Shown here piece after piece: positions 8,203-15,342 of a stretch of 15,342 nucleotides of DNA. Positions within the stretch are counted from its first letter, which is position 1; each line of letters starts with the position of its first letter. The notes below the pieces were generated by a model. It saw only the letters and a list, made by a program, of their open reading frames with translations, was not told the origin of the DNA and did no database searches. This DNA is from Pseudomonadota bacterium. GTDB lineage: Bacteria; Desulfobacterota; Desulfobacteria; Desulfobacterales; RPRI01. Made by a program: the position numbers and the translations under genes. The stretch lies in assembly GCA_043825875.1 (NCBI GenBank), contig JBDRRF010000047.1, positions 1-15,342 on the forward strand, in the 5' to 3' direction.

Positions 8203-10227
8203 TCAGCACCCCGCACTTTTCTTTTTCGGTGTTTGCGGTTTTTGTGGAGCAGGTTGGGTTGTTGGAGCTGTCGGAACAAACTGTTGCACCGCAGGGGCGC
8301 TGCTCGGAGTAATTGGAACAACTTTAATCGGCTCACCCATTTCTACTGCATTCCAGTATGCATCCAGACCGCCGAATAGAACCTTGATCTGTCTTTCGGT
8401 TTTCTGTGAAAGTATGCCTCCTGCCACCATGGCCAGTGATCCATTCCGATCTACAATCACAAGTGGTCCTGCACCTGTAAGATAGGCAGGATTGTTTATC
8501 AGATCGGCAATATCTACATTCTGTGATCCCGGTATATTGTAGTCTTTGAAATGCTCAGCTGGCCGTATGTCAACAAGATCAAAGGTGCCTGGCAAGTCCA
8601 TTAACATGCGTTTGAACTGGGCCGGGTCTATAAGATCCGGTAGTTTTACTACCCTTTTGAGTTGGGCAGAAGCAACCCCTGGTGCCATTGGTTGGATGAC
8701 CGGCAATCCTGCTTGAATCCAGGCCTCGCCTCCGCCTTCCATGCTTGCCACCTCCTTGAAACCTCTGCGCTCCAGTAAACCTATTCCCATGCTGCTACGG
8801 TAGGCAGAATTGCAAACCGTTACCACCGGTTCCCTGGGGTCCAGTTTAAAAGCCAGCTCACTTAATTGATTTAAAGGCATGTTCACAACATTTCCAATCC
8901 GCAAACCCATCCACTCATTTGGCAGGCGGACGTCAACAATTACCGGGGCTGTGCCGTTTTGCATTCGTTTATAAAGTTCCTGCGGAAAAATTGGAATATT
9001 TTTGTACACAGGCTGTTTCGCAGCATTCCACTTCTCAAACGATACTGTTCCAGCTATATCATAACCGACTCTATGCAGACGAAAGCGCGCTTCTTTAACT
9101 TGTTCAGAATTGCCGCACAGAACTATTTTAGTGCCCCATGACACCATGATGCCCCCCCATGTTTCAAGGCGGCCACGCAGGGCGATATTAACAGAGTTCG
9201 GAATGTGTCCTGCGGCAAAACTTTTGGCATCCCGTAAATCAACGATATAAAACTTTGAAGTGTCTGAAAGTTTAGCATTAAGGTATGGGGTTTTAGGTAT
9301 TGCTGCATTCCAATTTACTGGAGCGGGTCCTTCCCGGTTCATTTTTGCATTGTGCTTGAAATATTGTGGTGCTTCAGGCAGACCCTCAAGCACAGCCGTA
9401 ATGAAATCGTTTCTGCTCTTATGCTGGATATACGGGTTGGTTGCTCTTTCCGTACCAATGGTCGATGAGGGCTCATCTCTTAAGTGAGCACCGCAAAGAG
9501 AGCCGGCGCCATGGGCAGGCAGTACTACAACACTATCATCAAGTTTGGAAAGCTTGTTGGTCCATGTGTCATAGCTCATACCTGCCAGAGTTGCAGCCGC
9601 TACGGTTCCGCCCATCAGGTCCGGTCGGCCGATTGAACCAACGAATAAAGTGTCACCGGTCAGGATTGCCTTGGGTGTTACCTTGTTATCCTTACTGAAG
9701 ACCAGAGCGCACATGCCATCAGGAGTATGGCCTGGAGTGCTCATAAACTTGAGCATGATCTCGCCCCAAGGGATAGACTGCCCATCGGAAAGAGCCTTGA
9801 TCTTGTATTGAGCGCCACTATCCTTGTTCTGATAGACGGGACAGCCGACCGCTTTTGAGAATTCGGTATGACCTGCTACAAAATCAGCATTCGAGTGTGT
9901 AAGAAAAACTCCCTTGATCCTCCATCCTTCTTTTTTGGCTGTGTCGAGATAAACCTGGATATCACGATCCGGATCAACAACCAGCGCATCTTTGCCGCTC
10001 ACAACCATATAGGAATAATGCGACAGTACAGCAAGGTTGAATTGGACAATTTTTACACCCGCATATTCATATGTATTCACTATGTCCTGGGTGGCTGCAG
10101 TATCGGCATGAGAGGCGGACTCGGTATCTTTGATTGCTCCGCCGGATGCTTGTCCTTGAAAAAGAAATCCTGTAAACGATATAAACAAAAAGCATGTCAC
10201 AAACCGAAAAATAAGCATTAGATTCAT
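8203..10227 (-). CDS. CstB-like metallo-beta-lactamase-fold persulfide dioxygenase with three rhodanese-like domains, N-terminal signal peptide and C-terminal Cys tail
   Basis: 674 aa; THSNADF, TPGHTPD, LTGDTLFVGSIGRPDL and PAHGAGSLCG motifs. Rhodanese domains DLRDAKSFAAGHIP, DVRLPNEW..CNSAYRS and DIRPAEHFKDYNIP. Hydrophobic N-terminus; AAGGAAGGA RBS. Confidence 0.88.
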   Translation of the reverse strand: MNLMLIFRFVTCFLFISFTGFLFQGQASGGAIKDTESASHADTAATQDIVNTYEYAGVKIVQFNLAVLSHYSYMVVSGKDALVVDPDRDIQVYLDTAKKEGWRIKGVFLTHSNADFVAGHTEFSKAVGCPVYQNKDSGAQYKIKALSDGQSIPWGEIMLKFMSTPGHTPDGMCALVFSKDNKVTPKAILTGDTLFVGSIGRPDLMGGTVAAATLAGMSYDTWTNKLSKLDDSVVVLPAHGAGSLCGAHLRDEPSSTIGTERATNPYIQHKSRNDFITAVLEGLPEAPQYFKHNAKMNREGPAPVNWNAAIPKTPYLNAKLSDTSKFYIVDLRDAKSFAAGHIPNSVNIALRGRLETWGGIMVSWGTKIVLCGNSEQVKEARFRLHRVGYDIAGTVSFEKWNAAKQPVYKNIPIFPQELYKRMQNGTAPVIVDVRLPNEWMGLRIGNVVNMPLNQLSELAFKLDPREPVVTVCNSAYRSSMGIGLLERRGFKEVASMEGGGEAWIQAGLPVIQPMAPGVASAQLKRVVKLPDLIDPAQFKRMLMDLPGTFDLVDIRPAEHFKDYNIPGSQNVDIADLINNPAYLTGAGPLVIVDRNGSLAMVAGGILSQKTERQIKVLFGGLDAYWNAVEMGEPIKVVPITPSSAPAVQQFVPTAPTTQPAPQKPQTPKKKSAGC

Positions 10228-10294
10228 TGCTATTTCCTTCCTTATAATTGGCGCAATGTCGATCTGACCATACGCCTCAGTGGTGTTGATTATT

Positions 10295-10582
10295 TTATGG
10301 AGTAGGCAGTAGTTCTCTTTCTTGATTAGTTATATCTAAGTTTTGGAATATATAATTATTTTTCAAATCTTTCCGGGAAAGCCCAGTGTTTGAAAGGTAA
10401 GCTTTTAATACACATTCGAGGGTTTGTGCAGTTATGTATGTACAAGCTTGTGATAATGTGCTCCCCATTAGCAGAGCTTCTATTCCCAAGTAAAAGTTGC
10501 GTGCAGCTAAAGAATAATTCTGCGCCGATCTTCCAACCCCGACTTTAATCATCGGAAGAGTGAGTTTTGCATTGATTTCCAT
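10295..10582 (-). pseudogene. possible truncated HEPN-domain-like gene fragment
   Basis: 95 aa; AQTLECVLKAYL resembles the HEPN E-x-x-LKA helix. The expected HxL motif and C-terminal half are absent. Pattern recognition only. Confidence 0.35.
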
Positions 10583-10802
10583 TTGCTACACCGATTGATT
10601 ATAAAGCCAATTTGCTATGATAATATGATATCGGTGGGGTTACCAAGCACGTTTTTCCCTGTGCCAATATCAGGCTTGATTGAATATGTGGTAGATATTT
10701 AATTACTGTAAAAAAATCAAACTAAGATAATACGGATTACTTTTTTTTAAATTGAAGCATTTTATGTCAGATATGTCAATATAAAGAGATCGTAAAATAT
10801 TT

Positions 10803-10996
10803 GAGCAAAGAGGATTGCCAATTACTCGAATTAAGTGGTAGTGTCGTGTCATGCATCATTTGTCATCTCGACTGAAAGGAGAGATCTTGCTTTTAAGAGA
10901 TTTATAAAGATTTCTCTCGTTGGTCGAAATAACAGGTTGGTACATTTCATAGTTGACGTGACATTAGAGCAAAGGGGATTGCCAATTACTCGAATT
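10803..10996. repeat. 30-bp direct repeat pair (10803-10832, 10967-10996) flanking a 134-bp palindromic insert
   Basis: GAGCAAAG(A/G)GGATTGCCAATTACTCGAATT, 29/30 identical. Confidence 0.9.
10839..10966. mobile_element. MITE/REP-like nested palindromic element
   Basis: Three nested imperfect inverted repeats: TAGTGTCGTGTCA (10839-10851)/TGACGTGACATTA (10954-10966); TGTCATCTCGAC (10861-10872)/GTCGAAATAACA (10923-10934); GAGAGATCTT (10879-10888)/AAGATTTCTC (10907-10916). Confidence 0.65.
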
Positions 10997-11060
10997 GCGT
11001 ATTATACATTATTTTTACAAGAATTCGTATTTTTTACATTAGCTCATTTATAAGACAATA

Positions 11061-11786
11061 TTAAAAAACATAACGTCCATTTTCAACTTCGACATTTGGC
11101 GGTATATGTCCTTTTTCTTCAAATAAATCGTAGCCTTCCTTAAGATTTTGCCAGAATAAATACCAGTTTGATTTTCTGTGATTTAGCATATTTTTATCTG
11201 TCATTCGGAAAGGAAAGATATGGACTCTGAAAAATTTTTGACCGTTCTTCAAAGCTGTATAACCGAGAGTATATATTTCCTCTATCTTTTTATCAGTCAT
11301 GGCGTAACATCCAATTGACACACAATTCCCATGGACCATTAATGCGCTGCCGGTTCTTTTATGGATTCGATCATATTCGTTTGGATAACCAAGATTAAAT
11401 GAAAGGTGAAATTGACTTACGGGATTTAATTGATTAGGTTTTACATAGTAAAAGCCCTCCGGTGCTTTACCATCTCCTTGTTTTGTTTTGGGGCCTAACC
11501 CTCCGGGGCCATAGGTGCAAATATGGTAAATCTTAAATAGCTTGTAGCCTTTAGATTCCTTAAGCCATACCTCCAGTTCATTTTCTTCTTTAAATATTCG
11601 AATAAATATAGGTGCCCCATATTTAAGACCTGCTTTCGCCAGTTCCTTTTTAAGAACAGGAGTAACATTGGCTATGGCCTTATTGGCACGAGAACTTGTT
11701 GGTATATTTAAGGAAGGGTTTGAAAATGAAATAGAAGGGATTACGAAGAACATAATAAATAGTGTTATAATAATTTTTTTGTTCAT
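11061..11786 (-). CDS. YkuD-type L,D-transpeptidase family protein (YafK/DpaA-like), exported
   Basis: 241 aa with a signal peptide; PIFIRIFKEENELEVW, GDGKAPEGFY, FHLSFNLGYPN and catalytic HGNCVSIGC. GAGGA RBS. Confidence 0.9.
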   Translation of the reverse strand: MNKKIIITLFIMFFVIPSISFSNPSLNIPTSSRANKAIANVTPVLKKELAKAGLKYGAPIFIRIFKEENELEVWLKESKGYKLFKIYHICTYGPGGLGPKTKQGDGKAPEGFYYVKPNQLNPVSQFHLSFNLGYPNEYDRIHKRTGSALMVHGNCVSIGCYAMTDKKIEEIYTLGYTALKNGQKFFRVHIFPFRMTDKNMLNHRKSNWYLFWQNLKEGYDLFEEKGHIPPNVEVENGRYVF

Positions 11787-12032
11787 TATTTTCCTCTTGC
11801 TAATATCTTACGAAATGCTTGCTTCAAAAACTATCATATTTGCATCTGACTTGTCTTGAATACTGATAGATATTTTGAACTATTTACTGACATACCGTCA
11901 AATTATTTTGCAAAAGGTATATAGCACAACCGGGCTTCTTTAACAATAGATTGATTGCGAACTGTTAGCAACAAATAGATTTGTCCTATTTTGTAGCAAA
12001 TGAATTGTCCGCTATTGTTGCCCGTGAGGGGA

Positions 12033-13199
12033 TTAAAGCATTTTTATCATAAGAGGTAACGCAACAAACGTTCCTATAGAAGCGCCTAAGTTCGTAAAGG
12101 CAACAACAAGAAGTATTCGGGTAACTTTATTTTTCCAGAAACCTCGTATAGAAAGAATGTCTTCAGGTAAGTTTTCAATATCTTTAACTTTAGGTTTACT
12201 GAAATAGGCTTCCACCAGCCCTGAAACCCATCCAACAGCAATAAGCGGATGCAGAGTAGTTAATGGTGCAGCAAGCATGGAAGATAAAATCGTTAATGGG
12301 TGAGCCATGGCAACAACCGCACCTATTCCTGCAAGAGCACCTGTAATAAGTATCCACCAGGTTATCATATCGGCACCGGCCTTTGCTCCGCCGTAATAAA
12401 AACCATAAACAAACAGTATTAAGATACCGGCTGTGAAAATCCATTGGAAAGCATTTGATATATTACTTTTGGGAGGAATTATTTCAAGTGATTCTATATC
12501 AATATCATTATCCCAATTAGCTTTTATACCTTTTACATGACCGGCTCCTACTACAGCTACAATTTTGTTTCCCGGAGCTGTTTTAATTTTTTCGGCAAGA
12601 TACATATCTCTTTCATCTATCAATATCTTTTTTAAAACAGGAAGAGATTGCCCAACTTCTGCAAGAAGAGTTTCAAGCACGTCTTCCTGTTTCATCTTTT
12701 CAATATCATTTTCCGTGATATCTCCAACATCTCCTAATGAAAGAATCAGTTGAAATATAAGCTTTGCTTTTCCCCAAAATCCGATATTACGCCATACTCT
12801 TGAAAGAGTGACCCTTATATCTCTGTCGGCTGTATGTATTTTGGCACCAATGGATTTTCCCGCTATGATGGCCTGAACCATTTCCATCCCCGGAATTATA
12901 TCAAATTTTTTTGCAATTCTTTTCTGAAATGATGCGAGAATGAGATTTGAAAGAAGAAGAAAAGTCTTTTTTTCTTTTATAACTTTTACAATATTGGTAT
13001 TTTGCCACATGTCCTTTTTTTCTATAGCCTGATACCTTGATTCACATAGTTCTACACAAACGGTATCAGGCTTTTCTTCGTTAATTACCGAATTAACAAG
13101 TTCAACGCTATCTTTTGACACATGAGCGGTTCCTACAAGAATGATTTCCTTATCTCCGGCAAACAGGCGATGCACCATATTGTGGTTGTTGGATTCCAT
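12033..13199 (-). CDS. TraB/PrgY/GumN family protein
   Basis: 388 aa; LVGTAHVS, PDTVCVELC, LIDERD and VAVVGAGH motifs plus C-terminal TM helices. Confidence 0.92.
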   Translation of the reverse strand: MESNNHNMVHRLFAGDKEIILVGTAHVSKDSVELVNSVINEEKPDTVCVELCESRYQAIEKKDMWQNTNIVKVIKEKKTFLLLSNLILASFQKRIAKKFDIIPGMEMVQAIIAGKSIGAKIHTADRDIRVTLSRVWRNIGFWGKAKLIFQLILSLGDVGDITENDIEKMKQEDVLETLLAEVGQSLPVLKKILIDERDMYLAEKIKTAPGNKIVAVVGAGHVKGIKANWDNDIDIESLEIIPPKSNISNAFQWIFTAGILILFVYGFYYGGAKAGADMITWWILITGALAGIGAVVAMAHPLTILSSMLAAPLTTLHPLIAVGWVSGLVEAYFSKPKVKDIENLPEDILSIRGFWKNKVTRILLVVAFTNLGASIGTFVALPLMIKML

Positions 13200-13207
13200 T
13201 ATTATAT

Positions 13208-13480
13208 TTATTTACTCCTTTTAAGTTCGGCTATAGTAGATCCCCAGCCCCCTCTTTCAGGCGGTGAATCGCTAAATGATATAACATAAGGACTTTTCTT
13301 TAAAATTTGCGCAACATTATTTTTAAGTATTCCTTTACCCTTACCGTGTATTATACGCACAGTATAGATGCCGTTTGCAATACATTCTTCGAAATATTCG
13401 GAAAGAAGACCGGAAACATCTTGAGGCCTGAATGTATGTAAATCGATTGAATCTTCAATGGGTATTTTAACCGGTTTCAT
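13208..13480 (-). CDS. stand-alone Smr/MutS2 C-terminal domain protein
   Basis: 90 aa; IDLHTF, RIIHGKGKGIL and GGWGSTIAEL motifs. ATGA overlap with the upstream gene. Confidence 0.92.
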   Translation of the reverse strand: MKPVKIPIEDSIDLHTFRPQDVSGLLSEYFEECIANGIYTVRIIHGKGKGILKNNVAQILKKSPYVISFSDSPPERGGWGSTIAELKRSK

Positions 13481-14367
13481 TTTATATCAGTTTCAAGCAG
13501 CGAAGATGAGCAAGGGTTATGGCTGCGATAATTAATTCCCGCTTTTTCGAAGTTATTTGTTGCATAACAATATTGGCATTCATAGAGACAGGAATTATAC
13601 ATTCCAATATCTTTACTTAAAACACATCCGCATTCTTTTCTTTGAGAAGGATCTTTTTTCAGATCAAGATCTATTCCAAAAACTTTTTTAATATAATCAT
13701 CATCTATACATTTTCCGGGAAATATGCCAAATTCTTTTAGATCTTTTTTTAAGGCACAGCTTTGTATTTGCATATTATTTTCAGCAGCACTTTGAGCTAA
13801 AAAACCGGAAAGATCAAATATATTATCATCGCATTCATTTAGAATAAAACCATTATCGGATAGCTTGTTAAGTCTGCCCTTTATCTTTCGGTAAATATCT
13901 ACAAAACTTATTATGCAGCGTAGCGTATCACCGCGCAAAGATTTTGCTATATTTGCGTAATTTTTTTTGTGAAAATTAAGATCTGTAATATTGCTTAAAA
14001 CAATTGGGTCATAGCGCCAAATAATCTTTTGGGGGCCGATAAGATCGGACAGCTTTTTGAATATATTAAGCGAGTGTTTCACTGAAGGAGATTTAGGGTC
14101 AAGAAGTTTAGGGTTATTCATAAGAGTATATAAAAAATAATAATGATAACCCATTTGATCAAGTTCTTTAAGGTAAGGAATAATCGGGCCTGGATTGCGT
14201 GTCCAGAACACAATAAGATCAACGTTTTCAGGAGTTAGAGAAATATTTGAAATTTGAGCCGGATTGAAGGGATTAGAAACAGTGCAAAAACCTGCACGAA
14301 TGCGATTCATAAACCATCTGCTGTAAAAAGCCGGGATATCAGTTCTTCTGCTTGCGCTTATTATCAT
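13477..14367 (-). CDS. DUF1848 domain protein
   Basis: 296 aa; family-typical MIISASRRTDIPAFY, VFWTRNP, WRYDPI and C-terminal QRKECGC..DIG.YNSCLYECQYCYA. Confidence 0.9.
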   Translation of the reverse strand: MIISASRRTDIPAFYSRWFMNRIRAGFCTVSNPFNPAQISNISLTPENVDLIVFWTRNPGPIIPYLKELDQMGYHYYFLYTLMNNPKLLDPKSPSVKHSLNIFKKLSDLIGPQKIIWRYDPIVLSNITDLNFHKKNYANIAKSLRGDTLRCIISFVDIYRKIKGRLNKLSDNGFILNECDDNIFDLSGFLAQSAAENNMQIQSCALKKDLKEFGIFPGKCIDDDYIKKVFGIDLDLKKDPSQRKECGCVLSKDIGMYNSCLYECQYCYATNNFEKAGINYRSHNPCSSSLLETDIK

Positions 14368-14406
14368 ATGGTTGTTTTGGCTCTAACAAAAACCCATGTT
14401 TCTTTG

Positions 14407-14784
14407 TTAAGGCCGGAATTTTTTGATTTGTAAGTTTTTGAATATCTTATAATGTTTGTCGTTTCCTGTTAGAATTGGAAGCCCATAAACAATTGCTGTA
14501 GCACCTATCAAAGCATCCGCAAGTTGAATAGAATGGCTTAAATAATGTTGTTCTACAAAAAACATTGCTTTGGCGGATATCTCTTCTGAAAGATAAAGAA
14601 TTTTCGAGTTCCAAATATGCAGGGCCTTGCGAAGATGGTTAAGCTCAACCTTGTTTCTCATACCCTGGACTAATTCCATGTATGTTATTACTGAAATAAA
14701 GAAATCCTTTGAGTCTTCAATAGCTTTAAATGCTTTTTCATTTCCTTTCATATACCAAATGAGGATATCCGTATCGAGAAGCAT
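14407..14784 (-). CDS. vapC: type II TA toxin, PIN domain (VapC family)
   Basis: 125 aa; LLDTDILI, ISVITYMEL, ADALIGATA and LTGNDKHY motifs. The start directly follows the antitoxin stop (TAAATG). Confidence 0.92.
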   Translation of the reverse strand: MLLDTDILIWYMKGNEKAFKAIEDSKDFFISVITYMELVQGMRNKVELNHLRKALHIWNSKILYLSEEISAKAMFFVEQHYLSHSIQLADALIGATAIVYGLPILTGNDKHYKIFKNLQIKKFRP

Positions 14785-15018
14785 TTAATATCTACCTTTT
14801 CTTAACTTTCTGACATATTCATCTACGTCTTTAATTATGTCATTATCTTTCCAAATTCCAAACAACTCATTTTTAGTGATTTCCTTCTTTTTTTCTGTAT
14901 AGGGAATAAGTTTGGCGCGAGGTTTGCCGCGAAAGGTAATTATAACTTCCTCCCCCTTCTTGACGGTATCAAGTAGTCCTTTTGAATGAAACCTGAGATC
15001 TTTTGCAGTTGCTTTCAT
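14785..15018 (-). CDS. type II TA antitoxin, Phd/YefM family
   Basis: MKATAKDLR...GEEVIITFRGKPRAKLIP is a Phd/YefM N-terminal motif. The ATG at 15018 has GGAG 8 nt upstream and is preferred over 15039. Confidence 0.88.
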   Translation of the reverse strand: MKATAKDLRFHSKGLLDTVKKGEEVIITFRGKPRAKLIPYTEKKKEITKNELFGIWKDNDIIKDVDEYVRKLRKGRY

Positions 15019-15036
15019 AATATCATCTCCATCTAT

Positions 15037-15066
15037 CAAAGTTTACACTATGAAATATAAACTATG
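15037..15066. promoter_or_regulatory. putative antitoxin operator (inverted repeat overlapping the -10 box)
   Basis: CAAAGTTTACA-N8-TATAAACTATG with arms 9/11 complementary; ACTATGA also occurs twice (15047, 15061). Confidence 0.55.
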
Positions 15067-15082
15067 AGAAGATATATGTCAA
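15054..15082 (-). promoter_or_regulatory. sigma70 promoter of the TA operon
   Basis: Minus strand TTGACA (15082-15077), 17 bp spacer, TATATT (15059-15054). Confidence 0.8.
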
Positions 15083-15204
15083 TACAGAATGTTGCATGAA
15101 TATTATTCAAAATATATTGTAATTTATACAAGGGTTGTGTAGGTATCTACAAGAAACGGAAAGGCCATAATTATAGTATGACCAATTTCAACCGGAAATA
15201 TAAC

Positions 15205-15342
15205 GAGCCAGTTTCAAAACGCCCCATTTTGGCCGATCTCTGCGTTGGGCTCAAATTTCAATCCTCGAAATACTAAATGTATTCCTGTGGTTGAAATTTT
15301 CTCCCGCCTTGAGCTTGACCAAACTGAAACGTTTTGAAAGTG
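15205..15342. mobile_element. ~142-bp MITE/REP-like palindromic element, right copy (last 4 nt cut off)
   Basis: Direct copy of 1-136 (135/136 identical) that begins with the full left end GAGCCAGTTTCAAAACG. Confidence 0.8.

Noticed and set aside
8197..8211. Selenocysteine readthrough giving a TrxR-like Gly-Cys-Sec-Ser end (GGG TGC TGA TCA TGA)
   Set aside because: The downstream sequence is AT-rich with no evident SECIS hairpin, and the second TGA is explained by the next gene's ATG. A bSECISearch or homolog check would settle it.
10803..10996. Mini CRISPR array
   Set aside because: Only two repeats, a 134-bp palindromic spacer and no cas genes.
10835..11053. 72-aa plus-strand ORF
   Set aside because: It runs through the palindromic element and the repeat, with no RBS or motif.
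290..12753. Short plus-strand and alternative-frame ORFs in the track (e.g. 290-514, 5661-6023, 6770-7354, 9868-10221, 12196-12444)
   Set aside because: They overlap well-supported genes and have no recognisable motifs, so they are shadow ORFs.
12033..13199. Conjugation function implied by the name TraB
   Set aside because: This is the TraB/PrgY/GumN (TIKI-like) family, common on chromosomes. No relaxase or T4SS genes are present.
1..15342. Plasmid or phage circle implied by the terminal repeats
   Set aside because: No replication, integrase or phage genes are present, and the two copies are not identical.

Overview
Bacterial window in which every credible gene lies on the minus strand. Gene content suggests an anaerobic Desulfobacterota-like organism (inference only). 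In transcription order (right to left): a Phd/YefM antitoxin plus PIN (VapC) toxin pair behind a near-consensus sigma70 promoter; DUF1848, Smr-domain and TraB/PrgY-family genes; a YafK/DpaA-like L,D-transpeptidase-family gene; a nested palindromic insertion between 30-bp direct repeats; a possible HEPN-like remnant; a visibly more GC-rich three-gene sulfur-handling operon (signal-peptide-bearing CstB-like MBL/multi-rhodanese protein, YeeE/YedE protein, YeeE-rhodanese-sulfurtransferase fusion); and a tight five-gene operon (KamA-family radical SAM aminomutase, amphi-Trp protein, MOP-family flippase, two SPFH proteins). Both window ends carry near-identical direct copies of a ~142-bp hairpin-forming MITE-like element. 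The best candidates for undescribed systems are the KamA/amphi-Trp/flippase/SPFH operon and the exported CstB-like/YeeE sulfur relay.
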